Source of the DNA: an uncultured Gammaproteobacteria bacterium
GTDB taxonomy: Bacteria; Patescibacteriota; Microgenomatia; UBA10105; UBA927
Length of the DNA stretch: 64,000 bases
Assembly: GCA_964629685.1 (NCBI GenBank)
Contig: CAZVTT010000001.1
Location: 769,319 to 833,318 of the forward strand
Direction of reading: 5' to 3'
Shown here: positions 27,285-37,524 of the stretch, one piece after another
Position numbering within the stretch: the stretch's first letter is position 1
How the letters are laid out: each line of letters opens with the position of its first letter
Notes under the pieces: generated by a model
What the model saw: the letters and a program-made list of their open reading frames with translations, nothing else
What the model was told of the DNA's origin: nothing
Databases searched by the model: none
Translations under genes and position numbers: made by a program

Positions 27285-28898
27285 ATGGCAAAGCGAAACG
27301 TAACGGTCAAACATAAAGCAGTAAAACGGGTAAGGGCAGATCGGCCACTTCGATTAGTGGTCGGATATCCTCCTATTCCTTCAGCTAAAGGCGTTGCATT
27401 ACTTTCACAAAATAGACAATTTCAATACTTTAATGCTAAAACCTACATTTATCCCATGGTGCCGGCTTACGCGGCTTCCAACGCGCAGGCACACGGATAT
27501 GAAGTGCGCTGGATGGACGGTATTGCTGCTGAACAAACATATGAGCAATGGTTGGCAGAACTGCGTGAGTTTAACCCGGATGTATTGTTGGTCGAAACAA
27601 AATCTCCCATTATTAAGCGCCATTGGGAGCTTATTAAGAGGTTAAAAAAAGAGATGCCCGAGTTGATTCTGGTTTGGGTCGGTGATCAAATTTCTTTTAT
27701 GCCGGCCGAGACACTAGACCATAGTCCGGTTGATCTACTTATAACCGGCGGCGACTATGATTTCGTAATCGTAAATATTTTGGATCATCTCTCCAAAGGA
27801 ACTCCCTTGGAAGGTGGAGTGTGGTGGAGGGTCGGTGATAAGCGTATCAATCAGAAACCGGCACAAGTAGTAACCGGGGTTAAGAAACAAAAATACGCTA
27901 ACTCCGGGCCGGCCAGTTTAGCTCACGATCTGAATTCTTTACCGTTTGTGGATCGGACCTTAACGCATTGGGAATATTATGCGTATTACAACGGCAACTA
28001 CAAGTATACGCCGGCTACATACATGTATTCTGGCAGGGATTGCTGGTGGAACAGGTGTACGTTTTGCGTCTGGGATCACACGATTAATCCTGTAGGATCA
28101 TACCGTAGGTTTACGCCGCAACGTCTTTTTGAAGAGGTAAAGCATGTTGTAGATACATACGGGGTTCGGGAAATATTTGATGACGCCGGAACCTTTATGA
28201 TCGGTAAGCCGCTTATGGATTTTTGTCAGTTGATGATCGATAGTGGGTACAACAAAAAGGTTGTATACGGATGCAATATGCGCCTGAACGCCCTCAAACA
28301 GGAGCATTACGATAAAATGGGTGAAGCGAATTTCCGGTTCATTCTTTACGGAATGGAGTCGGCAAATCAATATACCCTGGATAAACTCGATAAAGGATTA
28401 AAACCGGAGCAAATTATGGAAGGCGTCCGGATGGCAAAAAAGGCAGGTCTGGATCCTCATTTAACCATTATGATGGGATATCCTTGGGAAACATATGAAG
28501 ATGCCAAAAACACTGTTCAATTAGCCAAAGATTGCTTTACGAAGGGATACGTAGATACTTTGCAGGGAACTGTTGTCATACCATATCCCGGGACACCTTT
28601 GTGGAAAGAATGTAGGGAAAAGGGGTGGTTATTAAGTGAGGATTACGATGACTATGACATGCGCCGACCGGTAATGAAGTCTCCGCTTACGGATCAACAA
28701 ATATTGGAACTTACTCAGGAATTGTATAAAGTGTTTCTTACACCGCAGTATATTACCAGGCGTTTGTTAGAAATCAGGACATTGGATGATATAAAATTTT
28801 TGGCAATGGCTGGATGGCGGTTTTTGGGACATTTAGCGGATTTTTCGCCAAAGCAACTTGCCAAACGATTAGAATCTACTGCTCCGGTAACTACCTGA
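27285..28898 (+). CDS. B12-binding-domain radical SAM enzyme (class B radical SAM)
   Basis: N-terminal Rossmann-like B12-binding domain ...ILVWVGDQISFMPAETLDHSPVDLLITGGDYDFVI. Cluster motif SGRDCWWNRCTFCVWD reads as Cx4Cx2C. Downstream VVIPYPGTPLW is typical of B12-rSAM proteins. Confidence 0.8.
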   Translation: MAKRNVTVKHKAVKRVRADRPLRLVVGYPPIPSAKGVALLSQNRQFQYFNAKTYIYPMVPAYAASNAQAHGYEVRWMDGIAAEQTYEQWLAELREFNPDVLLVETKSPIIKRHWELIKRLKKEMPELILVWVGDQISFMPAETLDHSPVDLLITGGDYDFVIVNILDHLSKGTPLEGGVWWRVGDKRINQKPAQVVTGVKKQKYANSGPASLAHDLNSLPFVDRTLTHWEYYAYYNGNYKYTPATYMYSGRDCWWNRCTFCVWDHTINPVGSYRRFTPQRLFEEVKHVVDTYGVREIFDDAGTFMIGKPLMDFCQLMIDSGYNKKVVYGCNMRLNALKQEHYDKMGEANFRFILYGMESANQYTLDKLDKGLKPEQIMEGVRMAKKAGLDPHLTIMMGYPWETYEDAKNTVQLAKDCFTKGYVDTLQGTVVIPYPGTPLWKECREKGWLLSEDYDDYDMRRPVMKSPLTDQQILELTQELYKVFLTPQYITRRLLEIRTLDDIKFLAMAGWRFLGHLADFSPKQLAKRLESTAPVTT

Positions 28899-28913
28899 TT
28901 CTTTAAATGCAGG

Positions 28914-28941
28914 GTGACACTACCGTTTAATCCTATATAAT
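28914..28941 (+). promoter_or_regulatory. Putative sigma70-like promoter GTGACA-N16-TATAAT; predicted TSS at or next to the A of ATG 28948 (leaderless transcript for the GT2 at 28948)
   Basis: GTGACA at 28914-28919 and TATAAT at 28936-28941, which is 7 nt upstream of the ATG. No Shine-Dalgarno is possible. Confidence 0.35.
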
Positions 28942-28947
28942 CTCTTC

Positions 28948-29970
28948 ATGGAGTTACCACAAATCTCGGTTGTTATTCCGACATTAAACGCAGAGAGCGT
29001 ATTGTTAGGTTGCTTAACTACCGTCAGAGCGCAGGATTATCCACAGAATAGAATTGAAATTATCATTGCCGACGGCGGTTCCCGGGATAATACAGTGTCT
29101 ATTGCTAAAAAATTTAAAGCTACAGTCATTTCAAACCCCCAAAAGACATCTGAATCAGGTAAGGCACGTGGAATTAGAAAAGCGAAAGGCGAATTAGTAT
29201 TGCTTATCGATTCGGATAATTTACTAGAAGGAACGGATTGGCTACGGAAAATGATAGTACCGTTCCGGGACAAAAATATTGCAGGCAGCGAGCCGATTCG
29301 ATTCACGCATAGACCCAGTGATTCCTATATAAACAGATATTGTGCCTTGATTGGTGCGAATGATCCTTTTTGTATGTTTTTAGGAAATTACGATAGATAT
29401 AATTATGCGACGGGAAATTGGACTGAAGTACCACTGCATATTGAACCGCAAAAAGGATATTTAAAGATATCCGCTGCTGCTCACCGTTTTATAACTATGG
29501 GTGCGAATGGTTTTTTGGCTAGACGTAAGGTATTACTGCCTTATGTTACCGGAGACTATTACTTTGATATAGACGTGACAAAAGATCTGGCACTGCACAA
29601 AAAAGCTCATTTTGCTAAGGTGGAAGTGGGAATAATTCACTTGTATGCCTCGTCTTATTCCGTATTTGTTAAGAAGCAGACTCGGCGGGTTAAGGATTTT
29701 CTGTTTTTTCAAAGTCAGCGGAATTATGCTGCGTATATGTTTCAGGAAAAAACGGATATTCCGAAATTCAGCTTTTTCAAATTTATTTTTTCCTGTCTGC
29801 TTTTATTCCCCTTGGTTTGGCAGGCAGTAGTCGGTTATTTTCGTAAGCCGGATGTCGCTTGGCTATTTCATATACCTGCCTGTCTCACTACATTATGCAT
29901 ATATGGCATAAACGTGGGGGCGTATTTATTGTTTTCCAAAAGTACATTTATGGAGCGGCATAATTGGTAA
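28948..29970 (+). CDS. Glycosyltransferase family 2 with C-terminal TM helices
   Basis: ISVVIPTLNAESVL...IEIIIADGGSRDNT...LVLLIDSDNLL; C-terminal hydrophobic segments. Confidence 0.7.
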   Translation: MELPQISVVIPTLNAESVLLGCLTTVRAQDYPQNRIEIIIADGGSRDNTVSIAKKFKATVISNPQKTSESGKARGIRKAKGELVLLIDSDNLLEGTDWLRKMIVPFRDKNIAGSEPIRFTHRPSDSYINRYCALIGANDPFCMFLGNYDRYNYATGNWTEVPLHIEPQKGYLKISAAAHRFITMGANGFLARRKVLLPYVTGDYYFDIDVTKDLALHKKAHFAKVEVGIIHLYASSYSVFVKKQTRRVKDFLFFQSQRNYAAYMFQEKTDIPKFSFFKFIFSCLLLFPLVWQAVVGYFRKPDVAWLFHIPACLTTLCIYGINVGAYLLFSKSTFMERHNW

Positions 29971-30479
29971 ATTATATGTTGAAATTGCTTATTCAGATAT
30001 ACAACTGGTACGCATTTACCTGTGCCAAAATACGGGCATCATTTTGGGAATTGTTTGTACAGAAAATGGGAAAAGACGTCTGGATTATGCCTCACTGCAG
30101 TATTACTTCTCCTAAAGGTATTGAAATAGGCAATAATGTGCTGGTGGGTAATTATGTCAGTCTTTGCGGGCAGGGAGGCATTAGTATCGGAAATAATGTC
30201 ATGATCGGTGCCTTCAGTCAAATAATGTCAGTAACTCATTCATATCAAGGTCGACAACCCATATACTTTCAACCAATCAGGAAAGAAAAAATTCTAATCG
30301 GTAGTGATGTATGGATTGGCACTCATGTGACTATCCTTCCCGGTATAAAAATAGGAGACGGATCAGTCGTCGGCGCCAACTCAGTTGTTACACACAACGT
30401 GCCGCCGTTTACCGTTGTGGGCGGGGTTCCGGCAAGGTATATTAAGAAACGATTTACCATTAAGAAAAAAAATGAATAA
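29964..30479 (+). CDS. Hexapeptide-repeat (left-handed beta-helix) acetyltransferase, WbbJ/LacA/NodL-like
   Basis: Repeats IGNNVLVGNYVSLCGQGGISIGNNVMIGAF...IGSDVWIGTHVTILPGIKIGDGSVVGANSVV with ...PPFTVVGGVPARYIKKR. Confidence 0.75.
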   Translation: MVNYMLKLLIQIYNWYAFTCAKIRASFWELFVQKMGKDVWIMPHCSITSPKGIEIGNNVLVGNYVSLCGQGGISIGNNVMIGAFSQIMSVTHSYQGRQPIYFQPIRKEKILIGSDVWIGTHVTILPGIKIGDGSVVGANSVVTHNVPPFTVVGGVPARYIKKRFTIKKKNE

Positions 30480-31419
30480 GCGATATACGGATAAAAATCA
30501 GATTAATCCTTTTCTTTACATTTGTTGTCCCCTCTGTAAGGGAGATCTTCGTTTACGCGGATCGGTACTAACGTGTTCTCAGTGTGCGAAATCATATAGG
30601 AAAAAAGATGGAATTTATCTATTACTTCCCGATCAATCAGCGGAGCTGGAGCTAACGATAGAAAAATGGGACCGGATCTATCAACTTCAGTTAAAAAATA
30701 AGACGTATCTGCGTGAGCAGCAATCATACCTGAATCTCTATGCGGAAGATACAAAAAGGCAATTATGTGAGGTAAAAACTTTTACCCGTAGCGTCTACTT
30801 GGAAATTGGGTGCGGTCCGTTTTTCTTAGGACAAGAGATTGCAGATCAGACGAAAGTCATAATCGGAATAGATATATGTCCAGGCGCGTTACAGATAGCA
30901 AAAACGATGCTGGAAAAAAGGGGAATCCGGAATGCGATTCTTATACAGGGAGATATTTTGGCATTGCCTTTAAAGCGAGATAGTGTTGATCTCATATATG
31001 GCGGAGGCGTAATAGAACATTTTCCTGATACACAACAATGTGTAAATGAATTACATCGTGTACTGCGTCCCAAAGGTGTAAGTTTTAACACCGTACCTTA
31101 TCTGAATTTGGGATCGTTAACCTATAGACAAGTTTGGGGGAATATCCCGAACTTGCCGGTTCTAAGGCAAATTGCCGAATTCGTGCATATTAATTTGTTG
31201 GGTGCAAAGCATATGATTTTTGGGTTTGAAATGTCGTTTACGAAAGGAATGCTTCGTCGAATTCATGAACGTGCCGGGTTTAAGAAAGTCGCTATTTCCC
31301 GGTTTGATGTGGCATTGGTTTTTGAATTTGTACCGGTGATACTCCGAAGGCCATTGCGGTATTTGGCGAAAAATTCTGCTCTGTTTTGGCCGATGGTAAA
31401 AGTAATTGCTACAAAATAA
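30472..31419 (+). CDS. Class I SAM-dependent methyltransferase with N-terminal Trm112-like zinc ribbon
   Basis: The start MNKRYTDK... overlaps the upstream stop (ATGAATAA). Zinc ribbon CPLC...CSQC. Motif I YLEIGCGPFF and later DLIYGGGVIEHFPD. The track's 5' extension from 30385 overlaps the acetyltransferase and is rejected. Confidence 0.75.
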   Translation: MNKRYTDKNQINPFLYICCPLCKGDLRLRGSVLTCSQCAKSYRKKDGIYLLLPDQSAELELTIEKWDRIYQLQLKNKTYLREQQSYLNLYAEDTKRQLCEVKTFTRSVYLEIGCGPFFLGQEIADQTKVIIGIDICPGALQIAKTMLEKRGIRNAILIQGDILALPLKRDSVDLIYGGGVIEHFPDTQQCVNELHRVLRPKGVSFNTVPYLNLGSLTYRQVWGNIPNLPVLRQIAEFVHINLLGAKHMIFGFEMSFTKGMLRRIHERAGFKKVAISRFDVALVFEFVPVILRRPLRYLAKNSALFWPMVKVIATK

Positions 31420-31473
31420 TAACAGTGTGGATTTCATTTGAATGTATACTTGTCCAAACGTACTGGATCGGTT

Positions 31474-32637
31474 ATGAAAAAACAATTACGCGTATTACAG
31501 ATTGGACATGTAAAAGTTCCGGGGGTAGTTCAGGATTTAAAGCAGTATCTCATACAGTCTTATTCGGATGTTTCTACATTTGAGCATCCGTTTTCAACTA
31601 TTATCGAGCTGAATAAGACTACTGCTTCCTTATATGAGAAATATATTCAAGGGCGACTAGTTGAAAGGAAAAATAGCTTTGCACCTGTGGGAAGTGAATT
31701 GTTCTTCTGGCTAAGAGATGTTCTGTGGACCTGGTGGGAAGTGTGGCGATGTGGGAATTCGTATGATGTGGGAATAGGAATGGATTGCCTGAATGCTTCT
31801 ACCGTACTTGTTTTAAAATTTTTGGGGAAAGTAAACTATGTGGTGTACTATACGGTAGATGTAACTGATAAAAGGTTTTCAAATCCGATACTTAGTTGGT
31901 TATATTTACAAATGGACAAAAGGTGCTGCCAGTTTGCCGATGAAGTATGGGATATCAGTCCGGCGGTGCAGCCGCTTCGAGAAAAGTACGGGTACGGATC
32001 ATTTCCGAAAATTACCCGGATTGTTCCCATCGGTGTATATCCTGAGGAATATAAACGGAATTCCCAGCGCAAATTTCAGGATTCTACCATAGTATATTTA
32101 GGTTCTTTATTCTCGATTATGGGAATTCAGCTTGCGATTCGAGCGATGCCGTTAATCTTGAGGCGTATACCCAAAGCCCGTTTACGAATTATCGGTAAAG
32201 GAAACTATGAACAGTCACTACGGGAATTAGTAGGAGAATTAAATTTACAACAGGTTGTCTCGTTCGAATATTATCCTACGAGGAAAGAAAATATCAGAAA
32301 GTTATTCTCTTCGACTATCGGGATTGCTCCGTATACGTATGACCAGGAGTCATATAAGTTTTATTGTGACCCAACCAAAGTCAAGGAATATTTTGCTGCA
32401 GGATTACCAGTAGTGATTACTGACGTTCCGGATGTTAGTAAGGTTATTGCAACAACACCTATGGGTATTCGTGTGCGGTATGATGAACATGAGTTTGCTG
32501 AAGGAGTTATTGCGTTATTACGTGATAAGGGTTTTTATTCGTTATGTCGTAAAAATATTAAAGTATACATCCGTAATTATTCTTGGACTGAAATTTTTAG
32601 GTCGGCATTTGTAGGAATAGAAAACCGTTTCTTATGA
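31474..32637 (+). CDS. Glycosyltransferase family 4-like (GT-B); paralog of 49963-51192
   Basis: C-terminal KVKEYFAAGLPVVITDVPDV. Middle-region motifs VVYYTVDVTDKRF and CCQFADEVWDISPAV match VVYYVSDYSPKRY and CCYHADFIWDLSPAM in the minus-strand GT4. The track ORF starts at 31438; ATG 31474 (MKKQLRVLQIG) is preferred. Confidence 0.6.
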   Translation: MKKQLRVLQIGHVKVPGVVQDLKQYLIQSYSDVSTFEHPFSTIIELNKTTASLYEKYIQGRLVERKNSFAPVGSELFFWLRDVLWTWWEVWRCGNSYDVGIGMDCLNASTVLVLKFLGKVNYVVYYTVDVTDKRFSNPILSWLYLQMDKRCCQFADEVWDISPAVQPLREKYGYGSFPKITRIVPIGVYPEEYKRNSQRKFQDSTIVYLGSLFSIMGIQLAIRAMPLILRRIPKARLRIIGKGNYEQSLRELVGELNLQQVVSFEYYPTRKENIRKLFSSTIGIAPYTYDQESYKFYCDPTKVKEYFAAGLPVVITDVPDVSKVIATTPMGIRVRYDEHEFAEGVIALLRDKGFYSLCRKNIKVYIRNYSWTEIFRSAFVGIENRFL

Positions 32638-35378
32638 AGCGAAATCGTATCATACTCGCTGTGTTGTTAGTCTTAACACTTCTGTCTCTTCGTGGATTTG
32701 TAACCGGAAACATTATTTTTACCACCTGGGATTTTGCTTTTCCTATGTCTTTACCTCAGGTCCAATCACAGTTGGAACGCAGCATGTCCATTATTACTGC
32801 GCAATATAGTATGGGATACGCGGATAATCAGAATCCGATTTCATTTTATTTTTGGTTATATATTTATCCGTTAATTTTTGTAGCAGCCCAACATACAGCC
32901 AAGATACTCATCGGAATAAGCTTGTTCTTATCTGGTTTATTTATGTACCGGTTATTACGGTATTTGGGAGTTGGGTTGATAATCGCGCTGGTGTTTTCTG
33001 CATACTTCATGTTCAACCCCTTTTTTTACAGCCGCATGATTGCCGGCCATTACGGTGTTATGGCGGGAGTTCCGTTTAGTGTGCTTTATGTGCACGCATT
33101 GATTGAATGGCTTAGTCCGGAAAAAAAATCGAGATATTTATTTGTTGTAATTTGTCTTGCCTTTGTTCTGTCATCATTCCATCCGATGATGATGGGAGTG
33201 ATCGGCGTTTTAACGACAGGCATCATAGCACATGCGGTGTATAACAGCAGGGAAAGACATACTGTAGTCGGTAAATCCGTGCTTTTAGGTTTGTGTGTGA
33301 TACTTATAAACGCCCATTGGTTGGTTCCTATGGGGGCAAATTATTTTCGGGACAAACCTTTTTTTCGGGGAGATTTGACTGTTGCTGAAGAGACGGTAAA
33401 CCGGATCAGTAAGGTGGAAGGTTCCGCAAATCCCATATGGTATCCGTTTTTTTTCTATAACAGAACCGGTTTAGATACGGAGTATGTGTATCCTGTACAT
33501 TCTAAGAAATTATGGTTTGGTGCGCAGATATTGCTGGCGGGAATGGCAGTCTTAGGAATAGTACGGAAGAAAAAAAGAGAATATACGATATTATTTACAG
33601 GTTTGTTCCTGACCGGCATGGCTTTAACCTCCGGAATGGGGAATCCTGTGGGTACGTGGCTGTACACATATATACTTTCAAATCTGGGTCCGGTTTTTTT
33701 CGAATTTTCCAATAGTAACCGATTTTTACTGCTACCTATCATAGGGGGTAGCATATTTATGGCCTTGGGTGTCGATGGTTTATTGCGGAAATATCAGTCA
33801 CGGGCTACGCTGATAGCGATAGTTGCTATTTTATGTGTTGGTATACGGGTATTTAGTTATTTCGATAATAGTCTATTCATAAAGCAAAACGATTTGACAA
33901 CGCCGTACTCATATTTTACCGAACCTTTCGGTGCTGATGAAGAATATATATTGGGTTTATTTAACGAAAAATCTGAGTACCGTAAGGCGCTTGCTCCACC
34001 ATTCCAGATATCGCCCGTAGGTATCGGACAAATAAACTACGGCACAATGTCCGGTGTCTCGTTTATTAACGATTTTTTTAACGGATACGCTTCAGAAAAT
34101 CCTTTTCAGCACTTCGTGATTTCCGCATTTGCTTCTCCGCAAGTACCTTCACAGCGATTGGATTTGGCGCTCAGTTTGGCAAACGTTTCTGAACTCTATT
34201 TCCCGACGTACAATAAATATTATTACTTTTTGGACTTTGGACAATATAAAAATGCGAGTAATAAGGAAACTCTTTATGAAAGTAACTCCTCCTTTGAACG
34301 CACTTTATCGATGCAAACCGTTTTGGCGCCGAATCCGTTAAGAAGTAAGCCAAACGTGATCAACGTTTATCAAAACCCAAAGGTACAACCAAGAATTCAG
34401 GGTATTTCTAGTTCATACCTTCTCGGTGGTTCGTATGATTTGTTGTTCCCCGTCATGCAGGATGAACGGTTTAGCTTAGCCAATTCTACCGTTATGTTTG
34501 CCCGTTTAACAGGCAAGCAGGGCTTACTTTCCAGTACTGATGTAGTCCTTCCGGATTCGAATACTGATGAATTGTTATACGTCTTACTTGACCCGCTGGA
34601 TATTCCTCAAATTATGTTGGAACCGCGCCGACAAATTAAGAATTACTACCGTGGAGAGTATGTATTAGCTGCAATACCGGGCAAGCGAAAGGGCATTGTA
34701 CTGGAGGATGGATCTTACGAGATTCAGCTTTCTCAAAATACTGAAGCTGCTGTGGCATTATTGCATATAGCAACGACATCTGCGGTGGTAAAAATTAACG
34801 GAATTACCGTATGTCAGGGAACAAAAGAGTGTAGCCCGTATCATCAGTTACCGTTGGGCAGTACCTCATCAGCGACGTTAACGGTACATGGAGGAAGACT
34901 CTATTTGTCCGATTTATTTATCACCGGTGCAAACCGGTTAAAGGAGAAGAAAACCGAGCTACAGTCATATTTAAACGGAAAACATATACATATAGTGGAG
35001 ACTAATACCCAGACAGTCCGTTGGGCCACCGAACGGGGTGGTAGTCCCATACTGCAACCTGTTAGGTTTACCAGGTTGACGCCGGATACCTACAGCGCAA
35101 ATATTCCTGCCGGTTTATCTATGCTTTATTTTTCACAGCAATTTGATGAAGATTGGGTTATTGAAGGATATCCCACGGTAATGAAATTACCGGCAGGTGC
35201 GGACGGCATGCTATTTATCCTAAACGGAATTGTAGGACAAATAACAATTAAACATCATGTACAATCATACGTATATCTGGGTTATTGCATAACACTTTCT
35301 ACCTGGTTTATAGTGTGTTGTCTGCAGCTTTTTTGGACAAGGAGTCGGCATGAGAAAAACAAAGAAACGATCAGCTAA
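32634..35378 (+). CDS. Giant (914 aa) polytopic membrane protein, unknown family, paralog 1; GT-C-like architecture
   Basis: N-terminal ~400 aa carries many TM helices with TTWDFAFP...[17 protein letters not shown]. This is followed by a long hydrophilic domain and a C-terminal TM anchor ([23 protein letters not shown]). The N-terminal motif is shared with 41894-45403. Confidence 0.5.
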   Translation: MKRNRIILAVLLVLTLLSLRGFVTGNIIFTTWDFAFPMSLPQVQSQLERSMSIITAQYSMGYADNQNPISFYFWLYIYPLIFVAAQHTAKILIGISLFLSGLFMYRLLRYLGVGLIIALVFSAYFMFNPFFYSRMIAGHYGVMAGVPFSVLYVHALIEWLSPEKKSRYLFVVICLAFVLSSFHPMMMGVIGVLTTGIIAHAVYNSRERHTVVGKSVLLGLCVILINAHWLVPMGANYFRDKPFFRGDLTVAEETVNRISKVEGSANPIWYPFFFYNRTGLDTEYVYPVHSKKLWFGAQILLAGMAVLGIVRKKKREYTILFTGLFLTGMALTSGMGNPVGTWLYTYILSNLGPVFFEFSNSNRFLLLPIIGGSIFMALGVDGLLRKYQSRATLIAIVAILCVGIRVFSYFDNSLFIKQNDLTTPYSYFTEPFGADEEYILGLFNEKSEYRKALAPPFQISPVGIGQINYGTMSGVSFINDFFNGYASENPFQHFVISAFASPQVPSQRLDLALSLANVSELYFPTYNKYYYFLDFGQYKNASNKETLYESNSSFERTLSMQTVLAPNPLRSKPNVINVYQNPKVQPRIQGISSSYLLGGSYDLLFPVMQDERFSLANSTVMFARLTGKQGLLSSTDVVLPDSNTDELLYVLLDPLDIPQIMLEPRRQIKNYYRGEYVLAAIPGKRKGIVLEDGSYEIQLSQNTEAAVALLHIATTSAVVKINGITVCQGTKECSPYHQLPLGSTSSATLTVHGGRLYLSDLFITGANRLKEKKTELQSYLNGKHIHIVETNTQTVRWATERGGSPILQPVRFTRLTPDTYSANIPAGLSMLYFSQQFDEDWVIEGYPTVMKLPAGADGMLFILNGIVGQITIKHHVQSYVYLGYCITLSTWFIVCCLQLFWTRSRHEKNKETIS

Positions 35379-36423
35379 AAAAATACTGGTTACCGGTTCA
35401 GCGGGGTTAATCGGTTCGGAAGCCGTTAAATTTTTTTGTGAACGAGACCATGAAGTTATCGGAGTGGATAATAATATGCGTCAATATTTTTTCGGTAGAG
35501 AGGCGAGTACCGAATGGAATAAACAAACCCTAGAGCAACTTTATCCAAAACAATATACGCATATAAATGCCGATATTCGGGATGAACAGGCTATCTCACA
35601 AATTTTTAAGAATAACCAGTTTGATTTGGTTATTCATACTGCAGCACAACCGTCGCATGACTGGGCTGCAAAAGAGCCACTCACTGACTTTTCCGTGAAT
35701 GCCTATGCAACATTAATCGTGCTGGAACAGTACCGCAAATTTTCTCCGGAAGCTGTTTTTATTTTTACTTCGACAAATAAAGTATATGGGGACAGACCGA
35801 ACGAACTGCCATTGGTTGAACTTGCTCACCGTTATGAATTGCCAGAAGATCATACATTTTATCGTGGTATAGATGAATCGATGAGTATAGATGCCAGTAA
35901 ACACAGCGTTTTCGGTGCTTCTAAAGTAGCCGCGGATATAATGGTCCAGGAATACGGACGATACTTCGGTTTGGCGACAGGTGTATTTCGGGGTGGTTGT
36001 CTGACCGGACCTTCCCATTCGGGTACGAAGTTACATGGTTTTCTTGCGTATTTGGTGCGGTGTATTAAGCGTGGGGATGAATACACGATTATCGGATATA
36101 AAGGAAAACAGGTGCGTGATAATATTCATGCATTTGATTTGGTAAATGCGTTTTATCACTTTTATAAAAATCCCCACAACGGAGAAGTTTACAATATGGG
36201 TGGCTCGCGTCATTCAAATGTATCTATGCTTGAAGCCATCACGAAGATTGAACACATAACCGGGAAAAAGGCAAAAATAAAGTATATAGATCAAAATAGA
36301 ATCGGTGATCATATTTGGTATATTTCGGATGTTACTAAATATCAAAAACATTACCCTGACTGGAAATATAAATACACTATAGATACATTGCTTGAGGAAC
36401 TGGCGACAATGGGGCACGAATAA
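35350..36423 (+). CDS. NAD-dependent sugar epimerase (SDR), CDP-paratose 2-epimerase (Tyv)-like
   Basis: [14 protein letters not shown] is the GxxGxxG motif. ...[35 protein letters not shown] and [15 protein letters not shown] resemble the CDP-tyvelose-2-epimerase family. Confidence 0.7.
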   Translation: MRKTKKRSAKKILVTGSAGLIGSEAVKFFCERDHEVIGVDNNMRQYFFGREASTEWNKQTLEQLYPKQYTHINADIRDEQAISQIFKNNQFDLVIHTAAQPSHDWAAKEPLTDFSVNAYATLIVLEQYRKFSPEAVFIFTSTNKVYGDRPNELPLVELAHRYELPEDHTFYRGIDESMSIDASKHSVFGASKVAADIMVQEYGRYFGLATGVFRGGCLTGPSHSGTKLHGFLAYLVRCIKRGDEYTIIGYKGKQVRDNIHAFDLVNAFYHFYKNPHNGEVYNMGGSRHSNVSMLEAITKIEHITGKKAKIKYIDQNRIGDHIWYISDVTKYQKHYPDWKYKYTIDTLLEELATMGHE

Positions 36424-36429
36424 CGCACT

Positions 36430-37494
36430 ATGAATATAAAGCACATACTAATTACCGGGGGAGCAGGATTTATCGGTTCCAATCTTGCAGTTGCACTACG
36501 GAATTTTGATTCAGGTATTTCTGTTACGGTGATTGATAATTTAATGCGAACGGGATCGGAGTTAAATATTCCCAGGCTACGGAATGCCGGTGTAACATTT
36601 GTCCATGGTGACGTGCGTAACCCTGAGGATTTAGAAATTTCCGAAATTGACCTTATTATTGAGTGTTCTGCTGAACCTTCGGTTACCGCCGGGCTGGATG
36701 GCAGTCCGGAATATGTGATTAATACCAACTTAGTCGGCGCGTTAAACTGTTTTGAGTTAGCGCGCAGACATCGGGCGGCAGTTATTTTCCTATCGACAAG
36801 CAGAGTTTATCCCATCGCGCTATTAAATAATCTTGTTGTTTCCGAAGGACCGACCCGATTTGAACTTGCCGATAGGCAGGAGTTAGCAGGAGTATCAGGA
36901 AACGGTTTAACAGAAGATTTTCCCATGCACGGGGTTCGTTCTATTTATGGAGCGACAAAATATGCCGCTGAATTATTACTGCAGGAGTATTTATCTGCAT
37001 ACAATCTGAAGGGAATAGTAAACAGATTCGGTGTTATCAGCGGGCCGTATCAAATGGGAAAAGTCGATCAGGGCGTAGGAGCATTATGGATGGCTGCCCA
37101 TGTATTCGGAAAGCAGTTAACATACTTTGGTTTTGGGGGTAATGGTAAACAAGTGCGCGATATACTTCACATAAACGATCTCATTACTTTAATTATTACG
37201 GAAATAGAGCATCTGGATGAAATTTCCGGTAATGTTTTTGTCGCGGGTGGCGGAAAAGAAAATGCGGTTTCGTTATGTGAATTAACCGGTCTATGTCAGC
37301 AGATTTCCGGAAAGAAAATCAAAGTAGTCTCTAAAAACGAAGTAAGAAAAGCCGATATAAAAGTATATATCTCGGATAATACCAAAATAACTAAAACACT
37401 TGGATGGAAACCACACCATACAGTGAAGTCAATACTCACGGATATTCATTCGTGGATGATGCAAGAATATAAGATCCTGCAGCCATACTTCTGA
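36430..37494 (+). CDS. NAD-dependent sugar epimerase/dehydratase (SDR), second copy of the same subfamily
   Basis: ILITGGAGFIGSNLA; YGATKYAAELL (YxxxK); GKQVRDILHINDL. Confidence 0.7.
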   Translation: MNIKHILITGGAGFIGSNLAVALRNFDSGISVTVIDNLMRTGSELNIPRLRNAGVTFVHGDVRNPEDLEISEIDLIIECSAEPSVTAGLDGSPEYVINTNLVGALNCFELARRHRAAVIFLSTSRVYPIALLNNLVVSEGPTRFELADRQELAGVSGNGLTEDFPMHGVRSIYGATKYAAELLLQEYLSAYNLKGIVNRFGVISGPYQMGKVDQGVGALWMAAHVFGKQLTYFGFGGNGKQVRDILHINDLITLIITEIEHLDEISGNVFVAGGGKENAVSLCELTGLCQQISGKKIKVVSKNEVRKADIKVYISDNTKITKTLGWKPHHTVKSILTDIHSWMMQEYKILQPYF

Positions 37495-37524
37495 AATGGT
37501 ATTCGTCGGGAAAGTATATTATCT

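Noticed and set aside
27285-28898. Interpreting the ferredoxin and radical SAM pair as a housekeeping cofactor enzyme (for example a BchE/HpnP-like protein or a PQQ or peptide-maturation radical SAM)
   Set aside because: No precursor peptide, no SPASM or twitch C-terminal Cys-rich domain, and no cofactor-pathway neighbours are present. The B12-binding N-domain and the uniformly glycan-related context favour a glycan-tailoring role, though this remains inference.
30385-30471. N-terminal extension of the methyltransferase ORF (MLHTTCRRLPLWAGF...)
   Set aside because: It overlaps the 3' end of the acetyltransferase gene in another frame and has no recognisable domain. The internal ATG 30472 gives a typical zinc-ribbon methyltransferase start and a tight ATGAATAA junction.
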